Of a stretch of DNA of 64,000 bases, positions 9,342 to 19,215 are shown piece after piece; the first letter of the stretch is position 1; each line of letters begins with the position of its first letter. The DNA is from a virus (lineage: Duplodnaviria > Caudoviricetes): positions 256,001-320,000 of IMG/VR virus record IMGVR_UViG_3300029288_005873; one strand, given 5' to 3'. The position numbers and the translations under genes were made by a program. Below the pieces are notes generated by a model that made no database searches, was not told where the DNA came from, and was given only the letters and a program-made list of their open reading frames with translations.

Positions 9342-9904
9342 TGGCACTTTTCCGCAATTGTCCTATTGGCCGCCCATACAAAAAGCTTTACAGCCAAACT
9401 TTTTGGAATCGACCACATATATTCTGAACTTGAAATCGTCTCTGCAAAATTTTGCGCACGGGCAATAATCACTGAAGATGGAGTTCCAGATGCTAGAAGT
9501 GCCCTCCAAGATGCCCTATCAGCATCCATTTCTAATAGGGCTCTTGGGAAAGCAAACAATACTGGAAATGGGAAAAGAACATATATAAGCATCATAATAG
9601 GCAAACCGACAAGAGGGTGAATACCAAAACCACAAAAACGAGCCTGTCGGCTATGTCTGCTTTCATGAACAATAACGCGTTCTACAGTTGCCACACTCCA
9701 TGTGGCAGGATAGGCTTGGATATTGCCAATTGTAGTGGCAAATCTAGTTAGAAAATTTTCACGCTTGAAGGCACCAAAACTAACAATGAAAAGGAACCAG
9801 GCGATAATTTTCCAAAATTTACCATCTTTGGAAACAAGCTTTACGGATTTATCAATCTTACGTGCCTCTGCCTGTAACCTTTCCTTGTCTGAAAGCCAAC
9901 TCAT
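9338..9904 (-). CDS. membrane protein with HExxH motif
   Basis: Two hydrophobic segments; VIVHESRH...LEMDA. Confidence 0.55.
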   Translation of the reverse strand: MSWLSDKERLQAEARKIDKSVKLVSKDGKFWKIIAWFLFIVSFGAFKRENFLTRFATTIGNIQAYPATWSVATVERVIVHESRHSRQARFCGFGIHPLVGLPIMMLIYVLFPFPVLFAFPRALLEMDADRASWRALLASGTPSSVIIARAQNFAETISSSEYMWSIPKSLAVKLFVWAANRTIAEKCQ

Positions 9905-10095
9905 TTAAGATCTCCTTTAGTGAGCCAATTTTTGATGGCTTGAACTTTTCCTTGATCTATTACCACATTTGTAGAGGTTATTTTTGAACCCGATGGGTGC
10001 ATTGCTTGAAGACGTATGTGAAGCTCACCTCCCTCAAGGAGTTCCAAAAAAAGCTGACCGCCGCCTTCAAACTCGAATTCCAGCGTATTTTCCAT
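9901..10095 (-). CDS. hypothetical protein
   Basis: 64-aa ORF, SD AGGAGG. Confidence 0.55.
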   Translation of the reverse strand: MENTLEFEFEGGGQLFLELLEGGELHIRLQAMHPSGSKITSTNVVIDQGKVQAIKNWLTKGDLK

Positions 10096-10206
10096 TCTAG
10101 CCTCCTAAAAACAATATGCTGAAGTTTGAAAACTGGTCGACAATTACGGGGCAATTTTCCATAAACCAAATAGCATATGGTGTCTTCATAAATTCCTGAA
10201 CAGTTT

Positions 10207-10214
10207 TATTGATA
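10207..10214 (-). promoter_or_regulatory. TATCAATA promoter-like core
   Basis: Intergenic octamer copy downstream of thyX. Confidence 0.4.
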
Positions 10215-10227
10215 AAATATGTTATTT

Positions 10228-11700
10228 TCATAGAATAGCCTGTTTCCTCTTTTGGAAATCATACTTTCCACACGCCATTAGCATGACAAGTGGACAAGTT
10301 TTACGAGCGGCAGCCACCATTTTATCAGCTACATTACGGATGTCCCATTGTGCATGAGAGTCTTGGCGCAGTCTACTAAAGTGATAAAGCTCTCTAGCAT
10401 TCATTTTTACCAAAACACGACGCCTATGGGCTTGCGTCAACACATATGTGGCAGCATCTCGTAGCCCATGTGTTAAAAGTTTTCCATAAAAAACAGAGCT
10501 ACGATCCATTATTTCTTTGAATTTTTGACCAAATCCAGCTTCAAGCACGGTTGGAGGTACTGTAAAACCAAGAGAAATATTATAATCCTGCGGCAAAATA
10601 GTTGCCATTCTATGCCGTTTTAATTGTGCAAAACAGGAAGCAGAAACTATCAATTCAAAACGAAATTCTGCCAATTCGAAAGCCCTTGGCACAGCGTCCC
10701 ATTCCTGCATAGGACCAAATAACGCTTTAAGAATCCTATTTTTCTGTTTGTAATTATTACGCACCCAAATTTTCTCGCATTGTTTAGAATCCATGCCACA
10801 ATGCTCATACAATAGAGCTCCCATAACTTTCTTTTCAGCATCTTTATCCCAATTCAAAAGACATACGGGTTCTTTATTTGGTTTTGTACTGTATTTTGCC
10901 ATATCAAAACTTTCTTCGGACAATTTTCTAAGTTCTGAAACAGCAGTCAATTGTTCAATTGTTGGATCAAGATACCTAAGCAAAGATGGGGTTACATTAC
11001 GCCCCTCATCACGAAGCAACTTAGCTACTGATTTGGCTTCGTCCAGAGGGTGTATAAGCAAACGTTTAATCATATGTTCGAGATTGCGAGCATTACAAGT
11101 CATGCCCAATTGACCCTCGACCGCTAATGATGTAACATACCTTGCGTCTTCTTTCGCCTTTCCTTCAAAAGCTTTTCGCATATCCTTGTCGGCATTTGGA
11201 TTCTTAGCAAGAAGATAGGCAAGGATTCCTTCATATATTTCACAATAAGCAGCATATTGCTCTGCCATCAAAGCTCTAAATTCAACCTCAAAACCAGCTT
11301 CAACAATTTCCCTAGGAACTACAAATTCCTCACCAAGTTGCGTATATCTTTGACTTTTTTCAGTATAGCTACAAAGGCGAGCATGTTCTATAGCTTCAAT
11401 CACTAGACGCGAAACGCCCATAATATCAAAATTGAGAGCCGCATGTTCGGCAATTGACTCATGACCCATACCAAACACTATTTGTTTATTTGAGGCGCGT
11501 GCTTTAGCCACATCTTCTATGGCAGCTGCGCGCAATTCGTCAACCGGTCTTGGATCACGACTTATTCTTGCATATGCGGCTGAAATGGTTTCAGGAGTCA
11601 TAGCATCAGCGCGACTATCAGGACCCCCTTCGGTCATGAAAAATTTAGCATCTTCGAGAATGTCGATGTCGGCATTGAAGCCAGCCAGCTTAATCTTCAT
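10228..11700 (-). CDS. thyX: FAD-dependent thymidylate synthase, two-domain form
   Basis: GHESIAEH, SYTEKSQRY, EDARY, QLKRHR, HAQWDIR motifs; duplicated ThyX fold. Confidence 0.85.
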   Translation of the reverse strand: MKIKLAGFNADIDILEDAKFFMTEGGPDSRADAMTPETISAAYARISRDPRPVDELRAAAIEDVAKARASNKQIVFGMGHESIAEHAALNFDIMGVSRLVIEAIEHARLCSYTEKSQRYTQLGEEFVVPREIVEAGFEVEFRALMAEQYAAYCEIYEGILAYLLAKNPNADKDMRKAFEGKAKEDARYVTSLAVEGQLGMTCNARNLEHMIKRLLIHPLDEAKSVAKLLRDEGRNVTPSLLRYLDPTIEQLTAVSELRKLSEESFDMAKYSTKPNKEPVCLLNWDKDAEKKVMGALLYEHCGMDSKQCEKIWVRNNYKQKNRILKALFGPMQEWDAVPRAFELAEFRFELIVSASCFAQLKRHRMATILPQDYNISLGFTVPPTVLEAGFGQKFKEIMDRSSVFYGKLLTHGLRDAATYVLTQAHRRRVLVKMNARELYHFSRLRQDSHAQWDIRNVADKMVAAARKTCPLVMLMACGKYDFQKRKQAIL

Positions 11701-12712
11701 TTGTCGTTCTCCTCCAATCACCATTTAGGGCATCCCTCATAACTGCTTCAGTTTTAGGTCCCCAAATCCCATCAGGTACCAAACCATGCTCTTTCTGGAA
11801 AGTCTGTAGCGCATATCTAGTCTTCGGACCAAAATCTCCATCAAGAGGACCGGGATCGTATCCGAGCTTTTTCAAAGCATTTTGGCGTTCCAGCCAAGTT
11901 CCAAGTTCCTGCTCGTCTATATTTTCCGCTATTTCTTTGTTAACAACAACAGTTCCAATTCCTTTAAGAAAGCGATCAAAATCAAAAGCAATTGGATCAA
12001 TCTTATCCGTTGTTACTTGAAAATGACAAATAAAACCCTGATGTTTTTTTGGTTCCGCAAGTTGTGTCTTAATAATTTCGCCTTTTTCTCTTGCAAAATC
12101 AGGTTTAATTAGCGGAAAAATCTCAACAAGCCCTTTTGCCAATTTTATCAAAGCATTGTATTGGGCGTCAGAATAGTCAAAACCCTTAAGTTTCATTCCA
12201 TGTATTGTGTCCAACTTAACTTTACGCGGACCCACTTTATATTTTTTCTGATGAGCCTCATCATAAGCATCGGGATATTGACCAGCGGCAGCGCGTGAAT
12301 CAATCTCTATACCTACAGACATGGCATTATTGCCACCAATGTGAAATGCGCGTTCGCGAACATCAAGACATTGGTAGATGGTTCCGTCATCATCACATAT
12401 AAAATGTACAGAAAGACCGCGTTGTTGTAGAGTCTCAAATGTATCCTTAGACCTATACAGTCCAGAATGGTGTAGACCAAATTGCCATACGATTTTCTTA
12501 AGCTTTGCTAGATCTGGAGTTCCACCCAATGCTAATCTGGATTTATAGCGCTTTCCTTTTACCACCTCCATCTTACCTGTTTTTCGATTTTGAGTTTCAT
12601 ACGCAGTAGTATCGTAAGCGCTAAAGCCTCCGGGCTCATTCCACAAAACAACGCGCGTTCCAATGTCATATTTCTTATCACATACAACAATACATGTATT
12701 ACTAGACATCAT
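11690..12712 (-). CDS. N-acetylmuramoyl-L-alanine amidase with C-terminal peptidoglycan-binding domain (putative endolysin)
   Basis: LHHSG, SVHF, GIEI, ICHF...KIDP; LGYDPGPLDGDFGPKT...FQKEHGLVPDGIWGPKT PG-binding domain. Confidence 0.85.
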   Translation of the reverse strand: MMSSNTCIVVCDKKYDIGTRVVLWNEPGGFSAYDTTAYETQNRKTGKMEVVKGKRYKSRLALGGTPDLAKLKKIVWQFGLHHSGLYRSKDTFETLQQRGLSVHFICDDDGTIYQCLDVRERAFHIGGNNAMSVGIEIDSRAAAGQYPDAYDEAHQKKYKVGPRKVKLDTIHGMKLKGFDYSDAQYNALIKLAKGLVEIFPLIKPDFAREKGEIIKTQLAEPKKHQGFICHFQVTTDKIDPIAFDFDRFLKGIGTVVVNKEIAENIDEQELGTWLERQNALKKLGYDPGPLDGDFGPKTRYALQTFQKEHGLVPDGIWGPKTEAVMRDALNGDWRRTTNED

Positions 12713-13382
12713 CTTCCCCCACATCTTGCTCTATTCCATTAGTCCACAAACGCTTAGAAATATGGTTTATAACTTCAGCATGAATACTTTCTTTCGTCTT
12801 TGGAGGTGCGGCATCTATTAGAACAATACGCCCTTGTTCAGCCAAACTTCCAGCCAATTTCAAAAATCCTTGTCTAACACGTAGGTGGAAATCCATAGCT
12901 TCACGCTCCAAACGATCACCCCCACCCGTCTTTGCTTTGGCACGCTCTAGCCCTACCTCTGGAGGAATATCAAAAATAAAAGTAAGATCAGGCATAAGTC
13001 CACCAGTAACGAATTCAAGCATAGGATCTAGTTTACTTCGACCTATGCCACGACTTACCCCTTGGTAAACTCTGGTTGAGTCAACATACCGATCACATAC
13101 TACATGAAGACCCTTTGTTAGACTTGGTCTTATAAGCTTTTCCACATGTTGAGCCCGATCTGCAAGGAATAGCATAAGTTCAGTCGTGGGCGCTAAATCT
13201 TTTGATGGATCAAGTAGAAGCTCTCTAATTTTTACGCACTCTGACAAATGCGGAGAACCCGGTTCTTTTGTAAGAATGTGTTGAATGTTCAGTTTTGACA
13301 TCCATTGCGAGACAAGTTCAATCTGTGTTGTCTTGCCAGCACCTTCGCCTCCCTCAAAACTCATGAACAAAGGTTTACTCAT
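12702..13382 (-). CDS. tmk: thymidylate kinase
   Basis: FEGGEGAGKTTQ P-loop, TKEPG, DRAQH, CDRYVDS, PDLT. Confidence 0.92.
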   Translation of the reverse strand: MSKPLFMSFEGGEGAGKTTQIELVSQWMSKLNIQHILTKEPGSPHLSECVKIRELLLDPSKDLAPTTELMLFLADRAQHVEKLIRPSLTKGLHVVCDRYVDSTRVYQGVSRGIGRSKLDPMLEFVTGGLMPDLTFIFDIPPEVGLERAKAKTGGGDRLEREAMDFHLRVRQGFLKLAGSLAEQGRIVLIDAAPPKTKESIHAEVINHISKRLWTNGIEQDVGEDDV

Positions 13383-14125
13383 TCTTCCTCCATTCCTGTG
13401 AGGACTATAGGGTCCCCAATTTCTGTTATGGCTATAGTATGTTCCCAATGTGCTGAAATACCTTGTGTACGCACAACCCAGCCATCTTTTCCAGTTTCTG
13501 TTTTATTCGGTCCATCAACAAACATTGGCTCTATAGCAAATACCATTCCTGGACGTAATTTTAGACGTTGAATTGTTCTTGTATTCGATACAAATGGATC
13601 GGCATGAAGAATATGCCGGTCTAAGCCGTGTCCACCATAGTTTGTAATGACACTCCAACCACCCTCTTTAGCTGTACGACTTATTTCTTCACCGATATCG
13701 CCAATATCATTACCAGCTTTAGCCACAGCAATAGCGCGCAAAAGGGCAAAATGGCAATCGGTAACCATCTTATTCAAACCTTTGCCTACTACAACTGTTC
13801 TAGCAATATCTCCAATAAAACCATCAACATCAATTCCTACGTCTAATTTGAGAATATCTCCTTCCTTCAATACACGAACACCAGGAATACCGTGTACAAG
13901 CTCCTCATTAATTGAGGAGCAAATAGCAGACGGAAAACCATGATATCCGAGAAAGGCAGGTTTAAGACCAGAAGCTATACATGCCTCCTTAGCAATCTTA
14001 TCCAACTCCTGCGTCAAAATTCCTGGGCGGGCAGCTTCGATAAGTTGACGCATTATAATGGCTGCCCACTTTCCAGCAATCCTAAACTTTTCGATCTCCT
14101 CGGGACTCTTCAACCTTACGATCAT
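13379..14125 (-). CDS. map: methionine aminopeptidase type I
   Basis: CSSINEELVHGIP, KLDVG, GDIART, GGHGL, AIEPM, SAHWEHT. Confidence 0.92.
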   Translation of the reverse strand: MIVRLKSPEEIEKFRIAGKWAAIIMRQLIEAARPGILTQELDKIAKEACIASGLKPAFLGYHGFPSAICSSINEELVHGIPGVRVLKEGDILKLDVGIDVDGFIGDIARTVVVGKGLNKMVTDCHFALLRAIAVAKAGNDIGDIGEEISRTAKEGGWSVITNYGGHGLDRHILHADPFVSNTRTIQRLKLRPGMVFAIEPMFVDGPNKTETGKDGWVVRTQGISAHWEHTIAITEIGDPIVLTGMEEE

Positions 14126-14418
14126 TAAAATACCTCAAAACCATCTATTGTTTCAACCCGTACGACCCAAAGACCAAAAAGAGAACCATCCCCAAGAAAA
14201 ATCGTACCGCGCTGTGCCCTACGCATCTTCAACTCATAGGATAAAGAATCACCCCAAGGTAAAGCTTTAATGTCTTCAAGCCAACTACCCTCAAGAAGTT
14301 CGAAAGGATCTTTGCCAAGAAGGACCAAACGCGGCTTCAAACCCCGTTGTTCCAATTCATTTTTTCTTTCCAAAATTTTTTCTGCTAACTTGCTCGCTTG
14401 ATCCATATCCAGCAACAT
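14125..14418 (-). CDS. hypothetical protein
   Basis: Start MLLDMD after SD GGGAGAG. Confidence 0.55.
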   Translation of the reverse strand: MLLDMDQASKLAEKILERKNELEQRGLKPRLVLLGKDPFELLEGSWLEDIKALPWGDSLSYELKMRRAQRGTIFLGDGSLFGLWVVRVETIDGFEVF

Positions 14419-14470
14419 TTTTTCTCTCCCGAGGAACAATAATGCTGAAAATGAAAACATGTCGACATTT

Positions 14471-15694
14471 TTAAGGGCTGGCGATGTCTCGGATAACGTT
14501 AGATGGTAAGTATCCCCCCTCTTTCGTCATAAAAATGAGTCTCGCATTGCGCGATATAGAAATTTGCGAAAGACCTCCGCCGAGTTCGGTACCATCATTG
14601 GTTGCTACAAAAATAATACCGTCCGCTTCGTCGGACGAAATGGCTACAACATTAGAAATGGTTCCTCCGAGCACGGGAAAATCTGTACTACTTCCATCTA
14701 TACCATATGTATATGATCTACCATATCCATCGTATCCATCACAATATCCATCTGTTCCACTGTCGTATGCTTCGATTTTCGTCAAACCATTTGAGCATCC
14801 CACATAAAGACGAGATCCTCCTGGTAATAGTGTCGATTGTCCATCAGCTACATATAAGGTTGTAAGCTGCCCATCTAATAATCTAACTGCCTCTGGAGTT
14901 CCGGTAGAACTGTCGTACACAAAATCTGGACTTCTAATTCCGGGTCTCCAATCTGATCCATAATATACCTCAATACCGCCTAGACCTCCATTAAGAGACA
15001 TGTTTATCAGATACAATGTTCCATCAGAAGTCATATGTCCATTACGTGTGTTATACCCATCGGAGTACGTTCGCGGATCAGCAGTTTCATTCTTCGTAAT
15101 AACGGTTCCACTTTCTGTGCTAGCAACTAAGAAAAGATATCCGTCTAACACTTGACTTGATAAAGAGTTTACAATATCATTCGGCCAGCTTGGTGTTACA
15201 GCTCTAGAAAGTATGATTGGCATTAAATATCCATCTGATAGCCCAACACTATATGGTTTCCATTCACCTACAAGTTGCCGCACATGTATGCGTCGAATAC
15301 CAGGTTCTGGATTGTAATATCCATCAATATCTACATAACCATCAGAAAAGTAAAAATCATTCACAGGATCATCGCCCACACGATATGACCAACACCCAGC
15401 AAGTCTGGAATAATATCTTACCTGAACATTAATAAATTCAGGGCGTGACGCCACATTGCGATCAAGAACTATACGAAAACCACCAGCAATAGCGGATACA
15501 GAGGAAAGAGGACCAAGAAATGGAGGATAGAATATTGACCCATTTCCCCAAAAAGCCAATTGCCCCTCGACAAAAATTTCCAAGGCAGAAAGCAAAGGCG
15601 CTGGTGTCTGAATTATATCAACCTGTATGCCGGTAAGCACACCAACATTCATAGCTCCGTTGGCTGGGCTTAGGTTCTGAAGAACAATTGACAC
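14471..15694 (-). CDS. putative virion structural protein, beta-rich, 8 DGY motifs
   Basis: Ig-like N-terminus (QNLSPANGAMNV), propeller-like C-terminus; GTG start after AGGAG. Confidence 0.55.
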   Translation of the reverse strand: MSIVLQNLSPANGAMNVGVLTGIQVDIIQTPAPLLSALEIFVEGQLAFWGNGSIFYPPFLGPLSSVSAIAGGFRIVLDRNVASRPEFINVQVRYYSRLAGCWSYRVGDDPVNDFYFSDGYVDIDGYYNPEPGIRRIHVRQLVGEWKPYSVGLSDGYLMPIILSRAVTPSWPNDIVNSLSSQVLDGYLFLVASTESGTVITKNETADPRTYSDGYNTRNGHMTSDGTLYLINMSLNGGLGGIEVYYGSDWRPGIRSPDFVYDSSTGTPEAVRLLDGQLTTLYVADGQSTLLPGGSRLYVGCSNGLTKIEAYDSGTDGYCDGYDGYGRSYTYGIDGSSTDFPVLGGTISNVVAISSDEADGIIFVATNDGTELGGGLSQISISRNARLIFMTKEGGYLPSNVIRDIASP

Positions 15695-15704
15695 GTTTTT
15701 TCTC

Positions 15705-16859
15705 CTATAAAATGGTAAAGGAATATGCGGCATCCATCACATTACTAGAAAAGTCGCTAGCCCTAACCTCAATAAGCGCATTATCTCCAGAATGGAAAAA
15801 CCCTGCCACAGGGTAAAGTACAACCGAAAGACCTTGAGGAAAAATTTCTATTTGTCCACCCCACCCATTTGCCCAGCCAGCGGCTCCACCAAACACTAAA
15901 ACCGAATTCACTGAAACAATGAGGGAAGAAATTTCGACCGATGTTATGTCTGAAATAAGAAATCTAATCGTATCTGGAGCTAGCACTACTGCCCCACTGG
16001 CTGGCACCATATCTGAAATCCTAGGAGAGTCGGAATCAGAAAAGCTATATCCATCTCCATTAAGACATGCTGCATATATCCCATATGAATCTAATATTTG
16101 TCCCCATTTTGTCGGACTTGTACTTTGTATATCAAAAATGTCTAGACCTCTTATACCCATCAGGAATGCACGTTGTATATCCTTTTCCACCATAAGACTT
16201 TGCTGCCAAGAACGGACTAGACCATTATATCCAGATACTAAAGCTTCGGAAAACCCAGGATAGACTGAAGCACCTGAAAATTCCACAGGAAAACCATGAA
16301 TGTCCAAAATATCTGACATAGTTAATGTAAAAGTTGGATTTCCATTCATACCCTCAACCCACAATAATATGGAATCATTAGAAATTATATCTATTTTCCT
16401 TACATATGCTCCATTTGATATGGAAAACAAAGAGGCATCATCTAAAGTTCCAGTGTCTAAAGCTCCACTAAAACCAACCGAAAGGCAAACCTCGAAAGGA
16501 CCTATGGAAACAAAAGTAACTGTGGTTGCGATCCAAAAACCATATGTTTCATCCAAAAATGTCACACTATCTATACTTGAGGCTAGAATATGTAATTCGA
16601 CCCTAGTTGATGCTGAATATGAACTATGGTCAATCCTTACATGGAAGCCACTGTAGCCGTCAACTACAGTATTTCCAACATACCCATCAAATGGAGAAAT
16701 CCATCCAGAGGCTCCATCATAAGCCTGTATTCCATTTACAAAAATGGACAAGGAGGTTGATTCTACGCCATAAGAATCTAAGACATCAAAAGAAAAGCTT
16801 TCAGATGGTGTTACTCCACCCATTTCAGCTTCGGGATCACGGGAACTTAAAAAAAGCAT
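15705..16859 (-). CDS. putative virion structural protein, paralog of the C-terminal half of 16871..19132
   Basis: Shared blocks DASLF.(I/F)SNGAYV, SW.Q/ES, RGLDI, W.QILDSYGI. Confidence 0.6.
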   Translation of the reverse strand: MLFLSSRDPEAEMGGVTPSESFSFDVLDSYGVESTSLSIFVNGIQAYDGASGWISPFDGYVGNTVVDGYSGFHVRIDHSSYSASTRVELHILASSIDSVTFLDETYGFWIATTVTFVSIGPFEVCLSVGFSGALDTGTLDDASLFSISNGAYVRKIDIISNDSILLWVEGMNGNPTFTLTMSDILDIHGFPVEFSGASVYPGFSEALVSGYNGLVRSWQQSLMVEKDIQRAFLMGIRGLDIFDIQSTSPTKWGQILDSYGIYAACLNGDGYSFSDSDSPRISDMVPASGAVVLAPDTIRFLISDITSVEISSLIVSVNSVLVFGGAAGWANGWGGQIEIFPQGLSVVLYPVAGFFHSGDNALIEVRASDFSSNVMDAAYSFTIL

Positions 16860-16870
16860 TTTTGCTCCAG

Positions 16871-19132
16871 CTACGACCCAAAGGGGTCGATACCAAATGA
16901 AATTTCCCCAAAGCCGAAAACATCTGGCTCGGGACCAATAGAAAAGCTATAACTCGAGTAGAGCGTATTTCCTAACATATCGGCAACCTGAATAATAACC
17001 GTTGCTGTTCCATTATCTAGAGCTTGACGTGGAAACAATTCTATATCCAAGGCATTTTTGTATACAACAATTGATCCACCACAAACACCTGGATATGTCC
17101 AACCTAAAGTTCCACTAAATACGATTTCGTAAAGAGTGGGTATACTAGAATTACGTAGTCTTACTACCAAAGAACGAATCTGGATGGCATTTGACGCACT
17201 TTCGACCCAGAATCTAATGTTTGTTGTTGGAAGAACATTTATTTCCCCAGGTGCTGGTGACCGATGTGATAGGAAAGGCAAATCTGTCCCTGAAAATACA
17301 TATGCCGATCCCGAAAGGCAAAATGAGGATATACCATAAGAATCAAGGATTTGAGACCATTTTGAAACCGTCGTTCCCACCCTGGCACCAATAATATCTA
17401 AACCGCGCGTTCCACTAAGATATATGCGTTCAGTATCACGTCTTATTTGACTGCTTTCATGCCATGAACAAACAAGACCTGTTGTGTTAGAGAACATAGC
17501 TGAAGACTGAAAAGGCACAATCGTCGCCGAATTGCCTTCAGGTGCTAAACTATCTCCATAAGAATCTAATGGTGATGCTGTAAGTACAAAAGGCTCAGTA
17601 CCCTGAAAACCCTCCATCCAAAGTCGTATTTTGGTTGGATCGTTGGAAATCTGTTCGGTGTATTTTACATAAGCGCCATTGGAAAATGCGAACAAAGAAG
17701 CATCAGACATGCTAGAGAATGACATTGGACCGCTGAATAAGGCATCTAATGTAATCTCATATGGTCCCTGCTGGAGCGAAAGCAATTTTGTCTGCGTTCT
17801 AAACCACCAAGTCTCATCAAGCCATTGCCCATATATATCTTGAGCTACTACTCTAAGATATACAGCTGAAGATGGAGAGAAAGGAACTGAACTAGAAAAG
17901 GAGACATGGTATCCAGAATATCCATCAACTGTAGTTGGTTCTACTGACCCAGAATATGGCAAAACGAAACCAAAAAGACCATCATAAACTTTTTGCCCAT
18001 TAACATACAAAGAAATCGATGATGGTTCTACACCATCATCGAGAATATCCATTGACATATTTGCAAATACAGATACGCCGGTCTGAGTAGGAAAGGGTAT
18101 TTGATTATCAAGAAAAAGCGGAACACCCCTTGTGTAAAAATAGTATGTCTGATTTAGAAGATTTCCAACAAAATCTGATGCGGACACAGATATGCCAACA
18201 GGTGACATTTGTGGCAAGGGGTTGGGAGGTTGTATATCATATTTAAGCCCACCAGAAATTCCAGTGGTTGTTAACAAATATCCATCCTGTGCGACACCAG
18301 ATGAAACCGCTGGTACGGTTCCAAACAATATGTCCGTTCTTGTCCAATCAACCCCGCTTAGATCATCAACTATAGATAAAGAAATAAGAGCTGAACGGTC
18401 AACACCTAATTGATCTTCAGCAGGATTTAAGTCTACCAGATATGGACTAGCGTCATCACCATAAAGCTCCGTGATAAGTTCAGAAAAATGAACTTCGTCA
18501 GAAGCAGTATACCAATCGACACAGCCTACATACTTGACATCCCAACCACTAGTTGAAATTGGAGAATGGTCATATAATTCAACCCAATCTGTATCACTGG
18601 CTTTTTTCCAAAAGGCCTTAAAATGACCCGGCTGACCAACCTGAAAAGGAATCTCTTCCTCAATCATAAGGCTTATTGGGAGATCGGAATCATCCCAAAC
18701 ATCATATCCCGCATAAGCAACAATACCATCTACATGGACATATAAAGTTCTAGCGGTATGAAATAAAAATCTATTTATTGTTACCGACATTCCACGAGAA
18801 TAATCGGGAAGAGGGCTCGTTGCCCCAAAAAGAACTAGACCACATCTTGGTGCGTATAGTCCGCTGTTTCCAGTAAGACTTGTTATTGTTGTATACCATC
18901 GCCGACGTAATGGATAAAACGAAACAACAGGTTCATATGCAGCAACCCCATTTCCCCACCACCAAATTCCTCCAATGTTATATTGTATGGTAAGGTCATG
19001 AGGCAATTCTGAGAAAACGGCCCTACTCCCCGGATTACTCAAAAGCAATGGGTCGTAGGTTCCATCAAAATAATTGGGTCGGATTTTGAACCAATCCATA
19101 GAAGGGCTCCGCACTTGTGTGGCAACCTCCAT
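16871..19132 (-). CDS. putative virion structural protein with repeated Ig-like modules
   Basis: Ser/Gly/aromatic-rich; repeated P...Q.GV modules; C-terminal FGFGEISFGIDPFGS. Confidence 0.6.
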   Translation of the reverse strand: MEVATQVRSPSMDWFKIRPNYFDGTYDPLLLSNPGSRAVFSELPHDLTIQYNIGGIWWWGNGVAAYEPVVSFYPLRRRWYTTITSLTGNSGLYAPRCGLVLFGATSPLPDYSRGMSVTINRFLFHTARTLYVHVDGIVAYAGYDVWDDSDLPISLMIEEEIPFQVGQPGHFKAFWKKASDTDWVELYDHSPISTSGWDVKYVGCVDWYTASDEVHFSELITELYGDDASPYLVDLNPAEDQLGVDRSALISLSIVDDLSGVDWTRTDILFGTVPAVSSGVAQDGYLLTTTGISGGLKYDIQPPNPLPQMSPVGISVSASDFVGNLLNQTYYFYTRGVPLFLDNQIPFPTQTGVSVFANMSMDILDDGVEPSSISLYVNGQKVYDGLFGFVLPYSGSVEPTTVDGYSGYHVSFSSSVPFSPSSAVYLRVVAQDIYGQWLDETWWFRTQTKLLSLQQGPYEITLDALFSGPMSFSSMSDASLFAFSNGAYVKYTEQISNDPTKIRLWMEGFQGTEPFVLTASPLDSYGDSLAPEGNSATIVPFQSSAMFSNTTGLVCSWHESSQIRRDTERIYLSGTRGLDIIGARVGTTVSKWSQILDSYGISSFCLSGSAYVFSGTDLPFLSHRSPAPGEINVLPTTNIRFWVESASNAIQIRSLVVRLRNSSIPTLYEIVFSGTLGWTYPGVCGGSIVVYKNALDIELFPRQALDNGTATVIIQVADMLGNTLYSSYSFSIGPEPDVFGFGEISFGIDPFGS

Positions 19133-19165
19133 TTAAGGAGGTAAAAGCTGATTTTCAGCCACACA

Positions 19166-19183
19166 AATGCGAGATTATTGATA
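19166..19183 (-). promoter_or_regulatory. putative phage promoter TATCAATA-N5-GCATT
   Basis: Full motif in the intergenic gap upstream of the three structural genes. Confidence 0.6.
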
Positions 19184-19215
19184 TGTCGAAGGAAAATAGC
19201 GGAGATATTGGGGAA

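Noticed and set aside
14437-14460. Possible seventh promoter copy (shares GCATTATTG with the 3018 site)
   Set aside because: Lacks the TATCAATA core.
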